A stretch of 64,000 nucleotides of DNA from Octopus bimaculoides (Eukaryota): positions 99,395,333-99,459,332 of the forward strand of contig NC_068984.1 of assembly GCF_001194135.2 (NCBI RefSeq), read 5' to 3'. Both the position numbers and the translations under genes were made by a program. The notes below the pieces were generated by a model, which was not told the origin of the DNA, did not search any database, and was given only the letters and a program-made list of their open reading frames with translations. Of this stretch, positions 37,805-51,566 are shown piece after piece. Position 1 is the first letter of the stretch. Every line of letters starts with the position of its first letter.

Positions 37805-37928
37805 CATATATCTGAAAGGATGAAAGGCAAAGTTGACCTCGGTGGAATTTGAACTCAGAACGTTGTGACAGATGAAATACTGCTAAGCATTTCACCCAGC
37901 ATTCTAACGATTCTGCCAGCTCACTGCC

Positions 37929-37981
<53 letters not shown>

Positions 37982-38191
37982 CCTTTCTACTGGACCACAA
38001 GGCCTCAAATTTAGGGAAGGGATTAAGTCGATTACATTGACCCCAGTGTGTAACTGGTACTAATTCTACTGACCCCGAAAGGATGAAAGGCAAAGTCAAC
38101 CTTGGTGGAATTTGAACTCAGAATGCAACAACAGATGAAATACCACTAAGCATTTTGCCCAGTGTACTAACAATTCTTCCAGTTCACCACC

Positions 38192-38193
<2 letters not shown>
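37805..38193 (-). mobile_element. Two tandem SINE family A copies separated by (TAA)n
   Basis: Copies at about 37805-37930 and 37983-38193 match 13107-13342. Confidence 0.85.
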
Positions 38194-38230
<37 letters not shown>

Positions 38231-39091
38231 GTCATATATCCATATATAATCTTTTAGTGATATGCAGAGGGTTTCACTTTCAGGTCTTTCATGTGGTATG
38301 CTAGCCAAGCAATTCTGGATTCATATGGGAGATTATTAGGAAGTGAATGTGTCTCCATGTGTCCACCCCCAGCCCACAGCATGTTATACACTTCATTTTT
38401 GACAACTTGGTTGATGTAGTTACTTTTGCCGCTATTGTTCAGCAGGTACAGTCTAAGTGATATCACATGACACTCAAAAGCACTCTCTTTTCTTCGAAGA
38501 CAGTGTCTGTCGATATCGCTGTTTTAGTGAAATTTGCTGTTGATGTTAGAATCTTATGGGTTTAATCTCTTTGGAGAGGATTTTCTCTGTAGATTAGTTG
38601 GGTATCTAAAATGTTGGTATCCGTTATGGGCACTGCAAATGCATTGTGGGAGATTATCATGTAAGAGAAACACTCTGGCTTCCACATATTTTTCAGTCTG
38701 CTGTAATTTCTATGTTTACTCTATTTTTGTTCATACCTTTGTATCCATATATTTTCATCAATACCTACATGTTTGTAGCACTTCTTTTGTGGAACAAGAG
38801 AGAGAGAAAGAAAGACTACTGATGTTAAGATTTTGAGTTTAGAGAGCAGTATTTCAATGTTTAGTTGTTAAATATGGACACTTCCCGTGGTCAAACTCCA
38901 GCCCTATATCAACAGAAAATGTGATGAAATCCAAATGTGTGTTAGTATTGTAAATATTTCAAGCATAGGCCCCTGAAAATAATAAAGTACTTCTCAAGTT
39001 CAGGTGATGATATAATCGATTGTTCTCTACCTGAAAATTTCTGGCCTCGTGCTTATGTTAGAAACAATTATTAATATTATTAGTAGTAGTC

Positions 39092-39310
39092 AAGGCAACA
39101 AGCTGACAGAATTGTTAACATGCCAGCCAAAATGTTTAGTGGCATTTCATCCATCTTTAAATTCTGAGTTCAAATTCTGTTGAGATTGACTTTGCCTTTC
39201 ATCCTTTTGGGGTCAATATAAGTACCAGCTGAATACTGGGGGCATTGTAATCAACTTAGTCCTCCACCTCTGAAAGTGCTGTCTTTCTGCCAAAATTTGA
39301 AACTAATATT
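39092..39310 (+). mobile_element. SINE family A
   Basis: AAGGCAACAAGCTGACAGAATTGTTAAC head, GAGTTCAAATTC box. Confidence 0.8.
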
Positions 39311-39761
39311 ATTATTATTAATAACAGTAGTAATTTCCTTTTTACTGTTTAATCACCTTTCCAGATGTGCTTCTGATATTGTACAACATGGGTGGATTCT
39401 AACAAGTTTTAACTGCATAGCAGAATTTATTTCATACACAGAGTACCACACTATCAAAAGTCTGCCTATACAAGATTTAGGCAAAAAATAAAAAATACAA
39501 TAATAAAAAAGACTTGTTACACAATTTTTTTTTTTATCTAGTTTACATGCATGCATTAAATGGCAATGTGAAACATCTACGAAAACAACCATATTGAAGA
39601 AAAATGCGTTTCCATGGATTTAAGCAGTAAAAGAAAAAGAAGACTTACCAAAATATTTTGCAGCAAAATACATGCACTTTGGAATGAAAAAATATTGGCC
39701 TTTCTTTGTTGAGAGTGAGTTTAGTGATATGGTTGACAAAAACGATAATCACATGCACACA

Positions 39762-39889
<128 letters not shown>

Positions 39890-40439
39890 GATTTTGTTAT
39901 AGAGAAATGAAAGGTAAAGTTGACTTCAGTGGGATTTCAACTTAGAATGGAGCAAAATGCTGCAAGGTAGTTTGTTCAATCTTATAATAATTCAGCTTGT
40001 CATTGCATTACTTTGCCTGTGGGTAACGCTTTCACATGATTAGAGAAAAAGGGGGAGAGAGAAAAAGAGGGAGGAAGAAAAGCAGGGAGGGACAAAAAGT
40101 GGGAGCAAGAAGCATCCGTGACGTGAGGTAGAGGGAATGTAATTGTAATGCTTTCATGTGATTATTTGAAGGGAAAGAGAGGAGAAAGAAAAAGGTGAGA
40201 GAAAAAGAAGATAAGGTGAAGAATGAGACAGAAATAGGGAGAAACAGAAAAAGAGGGAGAGAAAAGAGTCCCTGATGTAATATTTATTACATGGTTAAAA
40301 AGTTAAAGGTAGAGGAGGAGAGTTAAAAATATAATTTTAGCAGAGGGGTAATGTTCTGATGGTGAGGTTTAAAGCAAGGGAGAGAGAAATGGTGGTGGTC
40401 GAGATGGAGGTGGTGGTGGTGGTGATTAGATAGTGAAAA

Positions 40440-40877
40440 GTGTATTTTTATTTATTGAACTAAGTTTTTTTTTTATATCACTTATCACTTAATGCATGTG
40501 CATAAGTGCAATTCCATGAAATATTCATGCTTATTTACATGACAGATATATGCAATTTAACTAAAGGTTGTATCACATGTTTGGGATATTTTTTGGTTTA
40601 AGGGAAAATTTGAAAAATAAGAGTGAATATTTATTTTATGAGTGCTGTGTATTAAGTCTATAAAATTGTACATAAAATATATAAAATCTTTATATAAAGT
40701 GCATTAAATAATCATCGTATTCCAATTTCTTTCACATTTTAATGAGTAGCAAATGAGTGACTATCTTTCCATACAGACACAACACAAGCTACACATTCAG
40801 TTTTTTTGGATAAAGTTTCCAGAAATAACCCAATAGGTTTATCATTAATTCCATGAAATATTCACAGGTCCCGCTAG
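40440..40877 (+). mobile_element. Helitron 3' end / non-autonomous relic
   Basis: CCATGAAATATTCACAGGTCCCGCTAG|T (CTAG at 40874-77) closely parallels the 3' end at 31586-31612. The 5' boundary is uncertain. Confidence 0.55.
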
Positions 40878-40929
40878 TACTGTAATATTCTGCCAAATAT
40901 AATAACAATAATTAATAGCAATAATAATG

Positions 40930-41655
40930 ATTTTCAATTCTGGCACAAGGTCAGTAACTTTAGGGGAGGGTGTAAGTAAATTATGTCAATCCCAGGGATC
41001 AATTGGTACTTAATTTATTTTATCGACCCCAAAGGATGAAAGGCAAAGTCAACCTTGCAGGTATGCAATTCTAAGTGGAATGGGTTAGACAATATTTTCC
41101 CCTGTACTTGATTGGTAATCATTATCATCATTTAACATCTGTTGTTCATGCTGGCATGGGTTGGATGGTTTGACCAGGGCTGGTAAGTTGAGGGGTTGCA
41201 CCAGACTCCAGTCTACTATAGGCACAAGGCCTGGGATTTGGGGGAGGGGGATAAGTCAATTATATTGACCCCAGTACTTGAGAGGTACTTATTTTATCAA
41301 CCCCAAAAGGATGAAAGGCAAAGTCAATCTCGGCAAAATTTGAATTCAAAACATAAAGACAGATGCTAACAAGTCTGTCAGCTCACCTCCTTGATGATAA
41401 TAATAATAATAATAATAACAAGAACAACTACAATAATAATAGCTTTGAATTTAGGCACAAGGCCAGCAATTTTGGTGTGAGGGGTAAGTTGATTACATCG
41501 ACCCCAATGTTCAGCTGATACTTATTTTCTCAACCCTGAAAGGATGAAAGGCAAAATCAGCCTCAGCAGAATTTGAACCCAGAATGTGAAGATGGACTAA
41601 CTGCTAAGCCCTTTGCCCATCATTCTAATAATCCTGCCAGCTCGCTGCCTTGGTA
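40930..41655 (-). mobile_element. Cluster of three SINE family A copies plus an RTE-tail fragment
   Basis: Copies at about 40930-41060, 41215-41395 and 41445-41655, all minus strand, interleaved with (TAA)n. Confidence 0.8.
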
Positions 41656-42363
41656 ATAATAATAATAATAATAATAACAATAATAATTTGAAGTTAATGC
41701 TGAGTCTAATAGGTAAATGTTATTACAAATGTCACTATTCACAACACCAGTGCCTGATTTGACACGAAGATTCTATACATATTGCTGCTGCCTTAGCTTT
41801 GGATGTCTACTATTGACAAAGCCAAGGAGAGCTGAAATCATGTAATCTGGTACTCCTGGCAGTGATGGTGCATGATTATCTCCCACTAGCATTATAAATA
41901 TGAGTGATAATGTGCACATGAGAGGTCCTCTCTGGGTAACTAATGCAGTATTCTGTGTTCTTACACTACATCCACTTTCAAATTGGGATAAATATTACAT
42001 TTTGGTATTAATACTGCTTCTGTCACTATTAATTATGTTATTACAATAAGCGAGATATTATCAATGATTAAAAACCAAAAGCAAAGTATTTAAGTAATGA
42101 TGTGTTAATTATTTATTATTCTTAATGTTCTACAATTTTTAGTGCTATGATAATGAAGCTGAAGATTCCAGATTTACACTTTAAGTGTTAGATTAATTAT
42201 TGGTTTTGTAAAATTTGGATCATTCTAAGACTGAAATGATTATCAGCATTTCCATGTCTTCTGAAAATGGTTAAACTCACAAGTCAAGGTTTCATTTCTG
42301 TTAAAGGGAGATTGTTGAAGATTAAATGAGAAATTTTGTTTTTGAACAGAAGCGTGTGAGAGC

Positions 42364-42415
<52 letters not shown>

Positions 42416-43532
42416 TTGGAAGGAGATATGTATCTATGTAGAAATGCAGAACAACTGTGTTTGCACATGTGAAAGACCTGTGTATGTTTGTATTTCTGTA
42501 ACATATCTATATTATTTCCATCACTATTCACTTTTGGTTATGATACCTGTGACGTGATACGACTTCCACATGAAGACAAATGTTGAGAGAGTAGAAAGAA
42601 ATGGAGAATTGTGGGAGAGAGATTCAAGATAGAGATAGTAAGTTATACACACACTCATATACACACGCATACACATATGTACAGAGAGAGAGAGAGAGAG
42701 AGAGAAAGAGAGCAGCTAACTCCACAACAGAATAAAATACATTGTGTCTTTCTTTGCGAAAGATTACAATCTCTTTGTCATGTGCCACAGCTTGTTTCAT
42801 GGACTTGTCTTTTTTGTGTTTCATTTATTTTACACCAGTACTGATGGTCTAATCATGGTTTCGCTGCATTTCTGACAGTGAGAGTGACAAGGGAGTGTGT
42901 GAAACTTGGTATTGAGTGAATATTACGAGGGATTTCATTCAGAAAGTGCTATTTTTCCCACCTTGCTGATGTCTATATCCTCCACCAACGTACATCAATT
43001 AATGATATACATGCATATATACACACATGTATACACATACACACATGACAGAGAGAAAATTGAGATGGAACTGAAAGACAAATTCTACAACTTCACATCG
43101 ATTGAGCTTCAGCAACAATAATCTTCTTTTGGCAGTTGCATAGGTCTTCCAGACAAGGAAGGATGTCAGTCAACTTTGGTAGATTTTTGTCTGGATGTCT
43201 GTATAGGGCTTTCAAATCACGAAAGACACCTGACACGAAAATTCTTCAGTTGAGAAACATTGTAATGCTTGAAGCTTGAATTCCTGTCTTTTTTTTTTTT
43301 TTTCTTTCTGTCATTCTTTCATTTGTTTGTGTGATTATTTTATTTCTTCTTTTCTTGCTAAAGTGTGAATTTTTCATGCTTAAATTTCAGTAAATGCCGT
43401 GGACAGTTTAAATGTATTGGTGTATGTACTATCAGGCCATCTCTTTCTTTTGAANNNNNNNNNNNNNNNNNNNNNNNNNNNNNNNNNNNNNNNNNNNNNN
43501 NNNNNNNNNNNNNNNNNNNNNNNNNNNNNNNN

Positions 43533-43574
<42 letters not shown>

Positions 43575-44434
43575 GCACATGCACTAGTACTGACATGCTA
43601 TTTTAAAGATAGTTTTCACAGTGACAGAGTTTTGTATACATAGAAATTATTTAATATTAATATATTTGCATGGAAATAAGCGAGATGTTTGTTTACAGAG
43701 GTATAAGTGTAGTGGCATTGTTTAGTGATGTCCGGGTGTTGGTATGTGTGCGTTTCATTCTTAGGTGGGTACTGTTAAATGTGCATGTGAGGAGTGAGTG
43801 AGTATATGCAAATGAATGAGAATAGAAATATTGATGGAGTGCATGGGATAGCAAGAACAATGTATAACAAAAGCATGTAAGGGCGAGAAAACATTTTCTA
43901 GTAAAGAGAAAATGTTTAAATATGTGTGTGTGTATGTATCATCATTATCATAACATCCACTTCCCATGCTTGCATGGGCCAGACAGAATTTTTCGAGGTG
44001 GATTTTTTTATGGCTGTATGCCCTTCTTATCACCAACCTTCATCTTACTCTAAGTAAGGAAGTATTTCCCCCATGACCAGACATGTTACCATGGAAAACT
44101 GGAAATGAAGGATACCACTTGCATGGTAATGACATTTGCTTATAACTATCATGTGATGTCAAGGTAAGGAGACAATGACACACAACACATACACACACAC
44201 TTACAAGCTTCTTTCAGTTTCCATCTAACAAATTTATTTATAAAGCTTTGGTTGGCTCAGGACTATAGTAAAAGACACATACTCAAATGGTAGAACTGAG
44301 CCTAAAACCATATAGTTGGGATGCAAACATCTTACCATGCAGCTATGCCTATGCCTATATATATGTGTGTGTATGTGTGCATATAAGAAACTTTGGATAT
44401 ACACTGTGTTGGCTTTCTCATTGGTAATGTTTTT

Positions 44435-44476
<42 letters not shown>

Positions 44477-45588
44477 GTAATTCTTTACTCAAATAAATTG
44501 CACTTCATACTTGAGATTCCAATGAAGCTATAAGGTGTTACTCAGGTACTCAACAACGAGTTCACTGCATCCTATAGCAGAAACAACTGTAAGCTAGTGA
44601 AGTTCATAAGATAATTCCTTTGTCATCTCATTTTCTTATTACCATCCTATACTCATCTAATACTTTGTCCTGAAGCATATGTCTATTGAGTTCTGCACCA
44701 AGTTAATAGTCTTGTAATGCCTAAGTGAAATACATATATATGTATATATATTAAGTATTTATAAGAAGAGGAGTGGTGGTGACTTTGTTTCAGCCAGCTA
44801 GTCTTCATTACAATCTGAAGACTTGCAGCCTGAAACTTCAAAGTCATTGTCACCCCTTTTCTTGTAAATGTACTCAACTAAAAAAGTATTCCTCTCAGTT
44901 TAATATTAACATATTTATTCATATGACTTGACATAAAAACAGACATTATATTATGAGCGTGTGTATATATATGAGTGTGTGTGTATGTATATATATATTC
45001 ACATTTTGGACAGAGTCCTTGGGAATGCAAAACTCTGTCATGTCTCTTTAATTTCTGAAGAATGGCTATTGTCCAAAACGTTGGACTTTCCACTCCCCAC
45101 AGTAAGTTCACTGTACTCTTTTCATTGTACTGTTTTACTACATAATATAAGTCTTGCCAACACAGATCAACACGAGCTTTGTTTGGAGTCTGGATGATCA
45201 TTTATGTATATGTACACCCCCCCACACACACACACATACCCATTTGTATGTGTATGTAAATGTAATATTAACCAAACTACAAAGATTCTGTCCATTATCT
45301 TTCTTCAAAGAACACTGTATTCCCCTGAATAGTACACTGTACTGAATGATATGGTCTTGGGTTCATTTGCACCAGCATGACCGCAGCCGCTTGGCTGAAA
45401 CACATAAATAAATAAATAAATACCTAGAAAAAAAGGCAGGATGGTCATAGCTGGAATAAGTTTGTAGATCAAGGGTAATGTAGACCAAACAACAACAGCT
45501 ATTGTATCACAGTTCTATGGATAAGCTTAGCACCAATATAAACCAATTCTTTCATCAATTATAACCATTCCCTGTTGACTTAACCAGC

Positions 45589-45621
<33 letters not shown>

Positions 45622-46049
45622 GAATTTTTGACAAGCCAGAATCTCCATAAATGTTATCTGCTTTAGCTTGAACTTTCAGTATGCAGACAATTACTACAAA
45701 GTGTGATAGAGGACTTTATAAATTCCTCACAGAACTGTAGTAATGTTTTCATAATGAGTAGCACAATAGAATTTGTTATGGTAACATTTTGGTATAGAAT
45801 TTCATTCTTTTACCGAAGACAATAGATCTGAAATCCTATTAAAGCATGATTATTTCCTCATTTCTATTTCCAACTGGCTAATTTCATTAAAACGTTTTTG
45901 TTTTGTTTTTTTCATTTCTTTATTTTTGGTTTTGGTTTTTGTAGTTATTATGTGGTGAATACTTTTAGCATTGCAGTGGCTGTGTTTATGTAATTTAGCA
46001 ATAAACACAAGCTTTCAATCTGCTTGTTTCACTCACCTTTGTGTTGTCC

Positions 46050-46640
46050 AAACTTCATGCACGTTTGAGGGCTTGGAGATGGGGATGATGGTATTGGTTG
46101 TCATTGTTTACACTCAGGTGATCCTATGATGAACGACATTCCAGACATGACCTTCTCAACTCTTATACACTGTTTCTAGAATGACATTATATTGTGTGTT
46201 TCTCCTATTTAAGATGCTTTGGTGCATGATATGTGGGAGATTTGGGTGGTGTTTGTAGGAAATCAAGACACTATATAGAAGGTTTTGCATTGATATGCTG
46301 TTTTGTCAGTTAATTGTTTGCACCTATGTTCAAAGGCTTTCCAACCATGACCACTACATCCTGTTTTCAGAAATAGCACATCTAGAATTACATTATTCAA
46401 TGTATCCTGCCTTCTTTGTAAGACAACAGTGTGATTTGGGTATTTGGTTTCCATTTCTTGAAGATTGAACTGTCATTTAGTTGCTCACTTTGGTCCATTG
46501 TCTTTGATGTTCATGTTGGTGCTCTTGTTGATGCTGTTATTAGTGGTAAGTTCATCAGCAACAGATCTATAACGCAGGTAATAAAAGCCAATCAAAAACT
46601 GATCAACAACATCAACACACCACCATAGATATATCACTTA
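46050..46640 (-). mobile_element. Possible decayed RLE-type (R4/Dong-like) LINE 3' relic
   Basis: Only weak motif traces (e.g. TIIPI near the end). Heavily decayed. Confidence 0.2.
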
Positions 46641-47119
46641 GATGGGATTAAACAGAGTTCTTACTAAAACTGCCACACCAATATTGTGGTCATGGGTTGG
46701 AAGTAGGTGTGACACCCTTATTACCAACACTACCACCCAGATCCTTGATCTTTAGGAGAGTTCACCATCATGCTAGTACCTAGATCAAACATCTGCTGGT
46801 CCCAACATTCATGTTACTCCTAAAGCAGATCTTCTGGCAAGTCATTGGCCACATCAATCTCACCAGCATATGAGGACTTTGATCTTCAAAGGTCATTCTA
46901 CCAACACCTCCTCCACAGTTTTGCTGTTGGTTGGGAATATTTTGTCATGAACTATGAATTCCAGCAAACTTTGACTATGTATTAATCTGTACATGCTTCA
47001 AGTATTTTATATATTGATTTCTATAAAAGAAAATATGATTATCTATTATCGTGAACCTTCGTTTGAGAAATTGCAGGACTTACCATCATTTTATCATTAT
47101 TGATTGTTTTACCATCAAC

Positions 47120-48700
47120 TTGTAGAATATCAACTGCTGTTAAGCTGAAACATCTTCTGGCTCTGAAGAGAAGAATCAGTCTTTGAGATTCTGTGCTACC
47201 TATGCTAAAGATGTGCTTTCACCAAGAGAGATCCTCAGTAATATGCATGAGGCCCTGCTTTTGGAGTAACTATGAGGGCTCTGACTGAGTGCTGTTCATA
47301 TTCAATGGATGGTGATGCACAAGTGTTTCTTGTCATGAGTAGTACTTGAGCTTTTTTGTTGTTAAAAAAGACAAGATTGTTATGGCCCCTCTGAAGGATT
47401 CTCTAGAAGCCTTCATTTATGTAATCGATGCAGGCTTGGTATCATCCCGATGTAGGCTACATCAGGATGATGCATGTTTGAGGAAAGTTAGGGGAAAATG
47501 AGGGGTTGTGTTGTCTACATAACAGTTGACATTGTTTGATGCGATGGTAAGTTGAAGGAAGAGAGTAGGGGACAAAGCCAAACACTGAAATACTAAAACT
47601 GATTCAGAATTGGGTAAAAGGAGTTCCATCAACACATGTCACAATGGTGCAATCAGATTGGAAACTACCAATCCAAGAGATGTTTATGTGGGTAGAGCTC
47701 ATAGGACAGAAGTTTGGTAGGAGATTTATATTCCAAACAACATCTGACATGCAAATATCACTTTGAAAATCAACAACATTGCTTTAACTAATCTTATTTG
47801 AAGTGAGATCCCACTTGTGAGTAATATGAGAGAACAGGTTGCCTGTGGATCTGACTCTGTAGAAGCCTGGTGGTCACTGAGGGGAGAGAGAGGTAAAGAG
47901 AGAGAGCATGAAAGAGGCAAAGTGTTGGAGAATGTCATTGCTAATAAATGTCTCCATAACCTTAGAAATGTCAGAGTTGACTGAAAGAGTACGATTGTTG
48001 GCGAGATCAGAGAAGTTACCATTCTTTTGAAAGAGATGCACAGAGGTGTGTCAAGGTATATTCCAATAGAGAGTGAGGGACTGAAAAGTAGAATTAAGTG
48101 AAAGAGTAAGGTTGGGGGTGCAAATCTTGAGTGCAAGGGAAGGGATATTGTCAGCTGATGTCTCTGTTTATTTGAAGCAATTGGAGATATTTCTGCACTT
48201 GGTATGTATGTATGTATGCATGCATGCAGAGTGGGCAGCCTATTGGAGTGGAATAGGGTAGATTTGAAGGAGATTGTCTAAGGATGTGTAGTGTGGAGTT
48301 GTATGCAAAGTGGACAGTGAAGATGGAGGCTTTCTCCACAGGGGCATGGTTTATGGGACCAGTATTGTTTAGAAGAGGAGGGAAAGAGGATTCTACAAAT
48401 TTGGTGAAGATTTTGTGGTTAGGGACCAAAAGATCCAGCTGTAGTTTGGAAGTTGGGAATGCTTGAGGGCCATGTTATGCACAAAAGGCATCCTTTTGTG
48501 CACCAAAGGTTGAATAAAAGTTGCACTGCTGTGTGAATGCTTCACAGTTTTGAAGAGTGGATAAGATTCTCCCAGTATTGTAAGCCTTGTTTTCTGCCTG
48601 AACAGCTGTAGCACAGTTACAGGTAAACCATTTAGGAGACATGAACTACTGAAGTTTTGTTGTGTGTAAGGATGTGAATGACGTGCCAAAAAGGATGGTC
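47120..48700 (-). pseudogene. CR1/Jockey-like LINE ORF2 relic (linker + RT)
   Basis: Minus frames give SFPPLLNNTG...EKASIF...FAYNSTL, DNIPSLALKIC, SKVMETFI, LSDHQ, RST, LLSYEL and YVDNTT (decayed YADD). A (CATA)n tract interrupts it at about 48200-48228. Confidence 0.8.
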
Positions 48701-49344
48701 TCAGTCATCTACCAAGGTATTCCTATTGGCATTTTAAACAACCAAAAGAATATTACTAGGTATTTAGTGAATGTTAATGTTCCACTATAACCCTATCACT
48801 ATATGAAAATTTTAGTTTCTGTAATGTCCCAGTATAACTATTTATTTCAAATTGATAGATCAGCTCATATGTCGACACACAACACAAAGATCTCTGTTTA
48901 TATAAACTTTAGATTATCAGGTATAAATCAGAACAGTGATATTGTATGGCAATCGGCACACACATGCAGCAACAGTAGCTGTAGTTATTGTTGTTGCAGG
49001 AGGTGGTGGTGGTGTTAGTACTGGTGGTGGTTAAGCCCACGTGAACTCTGAATAATAAGACTCATGATTAATCAAGCTAAACCAGCTGTTACCATATCTT
49101 TTTTTTTGTTTTTGTTTTTTTTAAGACATCAGACATTGTGTATCTTGAACTATACAAGGTGTGAGAGGTATTTGAGGACATATTCAGTAACTTGAGCTTT
49201 GACGACTGCTTTAGTATGAAACCAGAATCATTGACACAGCTGCTCTAAATGGTCCTTATTTTCAATCTATGGAGAAATAGGTAAACTTTGACAGATATAT
49301 GAGTGCCTCTTTTTCCTGACTTATGATCTTTTAGACAACTCACA

Positions 49345-51122
49345 CACGAGGTATCAAGTTGTTGGATCAGGTAATGGAGGTCACAGAGAGGGTCGTTGCC
49401 CAACTAATTAGGGAGAGACTCAGTTTAGATGAGATGCAGTTTGGATTTGTGCCAGGGAAAAGCACCACTGGTGCTATATTTCTGGTAAGACAGCTGCAGG
49501 AGAAATATCTAGCCAAAGATAAACCTCTGTGCTTGGTCTTTGTTGGCTTGGAGAAAGCCTTCGACAGTGTCTCCTGATCCCTTATCTGGTGGTCAATGAG
49601 GAAACTAGGGATAGATGAGTGGTTAGTGAGAGCTGTGCTAGCCATGTAAAGGGATGCTGTCAGTAAGGTGAGGATTGGCCATGAGTACAGTGAAGAATTC
49701 TGGGTAGGGGTAGGGGTCTACCAAGGATCATTCCTCAGCTTCCTCTTATTCATCATAGTCCTCCAGGCAATAACAGAGGAATTCATGACTGAATCTCCCT
49801 GGGCGCTCCTCTATGCTGATGACCTTGCTCTAATTGCTGAGTCACTATCAGGACTAGGGAAAAAGTTTCAGGTGTGGAAGCAAGGACTAGAATCGAAATG
49901 CCTTAGAGTCAACCTAGCTAAAACCAAAGTCGTAATAAGTAGGAAGGCAGACAAACCACAAATCCCTTCGGGTAGATAGCCCTGCTCGATCTGTAGGAAA
50001 GGCGTAGGTAGAAACGCCATAAGATGTACCCAGTGTAAGCTATGGACTCATAAGAGATGCAACGTTATCAAAGGAAGGCTAAATTAGAAGATAGTTTTTG
50101 TATGTGGCAAATTCTCAGGTGCTATAAACACTGAAAATGTGCAGAGAACAGCTTCTGTCACATTCCAGGGAGAAAAACTACAAGTAGTTGATAGCTTCTG
50201 TTACCCAAGGGACCAAGACAGTAGTTGGGGTGGATGCTCTGAAAGTGTGGCTGCTAGAATAAGTATAGCCTGGGCAAAGTTCAGAGAGCTCCTATCTCTG
50301 CTGGTGACAAAGGGCCTTTCACTCAGAGTAAAAGGTAGATTGTATGATGCATGTGTATGAACAGCCATGCTGCATGGCAGTGAAACATGGGCCATGACTG
50401 CTGAGGACATGCGTAAGCTTGCAAGGAATGAAGCCAGTATTTTCTGCTGGATGTGTAATGTCAGTGTGCATATGTGACAGAGTGTAAGCGCCCTGAGAGA
50501 AAAGTTAGATTTAAGAAGCATCAGATGTGGTGTGCAAGAGAGACGACTGCACTGGTATGGTCATGTGTTGCAAATGAATGAGGACAGCTGTGTGCAAAAG
50601 TGTCACACCCTAGCAGTTGAGGGAACCTGTGGAAAAGGTAGACCCAGGAAGACCTGGGATGAGGTGGTGAAGCACAACCTTCGAACATTGGACCTTACTG
50701 AGGCAATGACTAGTGGCCGAGACCTTTGGAGATATGCTGAGTTTGAGAAGACCCGACAAGCCAAGTAAGACCATAGTACGTGGCCTATGCCAGTGGGTGT
50801 AACCAGCCCACTTATGAGTACCCATCATTTATTGGACAATAAACTTTGCTTGTGAAGACCTGTTGAGACAAGTCAAATCAAAATCAAAATTGCTGACGTG
50901 GCTGATGACAGCACCGCCTGATTGGCACTTGTGCCAGTGGAACATTAAAAGCACCATCCGAGCGTGATTGTTTCCAGGGCTGTTGATTGACTCCCATGCC
51001 GGTGGCACATAAAAAGCACCCTTCAAGCGTGATCATTGCCAGTTTTGCCTTACTGGCACATATGCTGTTGGCATGTGAAAAACAACATTCGAGCATGGTC
51101 ATTGCCAGTGTTGCCCAATGTC
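49345..51122 (+). mobile_element. 5'-truncated RTE LINE (RT, PHD-like finger, C-terminus, part of 3' UTR)
   Basis: RGIKLLDQVMEV, QFGFVPGKST..AIF..RQLQEKY, LEKAFD, GVYQGS, LLYADDL, NLAKTK, LYDACV...HGSETW, RLHWYGHV, GRPRKTW...RQAK*. A few stops and frameshifts. Confidence 0.95.
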
Positions 51123-51230
51123 ACTTGCCCAAAGTGCCATACAATGGGACTGAACCCAGAACCATGTGGTTTGTAAGCAAGCTACTTACATCCATTCCTG
51201 CACCTTTGTATGTGTGTATATATATATATA

Positions 51231-51487
51231 TAAAATTATAATTTAGGGTATCTAAGAGATACCGCAATGCTGAAAATAGCAGCCAAATCTTGACTCTAAA
51301 CCACAATAAATGTTCATATAGCACCAGGGGCGAAGATGAAGAAAAGTAAAGTAGCAAAAATTGCTAGTTTACTTTTCTTCATCTTCGCCCCTGGTGCTAT
51401 ATGAACATTTATTGTGGTTTAGAGTCAAGATTTGGGTGCTATTTTCAGCATGGCGGTATCTCTTAGATACCCTAAATTACAATTTTA
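51231..51487. repeat. Near-perfect 257-bp palindrome (127-bp arms, 3-nt loop, 4 mismatches)
   Basis: 51231-51357 aligned by eye to the reverse complement of 51361-51487. Confidence 0.97.
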
Positions 51488-51566
51488 AATAATTGCTACC
51501 TTTGATGGTTTTTATTCCCATGCTGGTCACTTGATAAAATCGATATTTTTAAATATCGATCTTATC

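Noticed and set aside
39640-39680. Minus-strand GTAAGT donor and 17-bp palindrome TATTTTGCAGCAAAATA
   Set aside because: Short, AT-rich and expected by chance. No supporting exon context.
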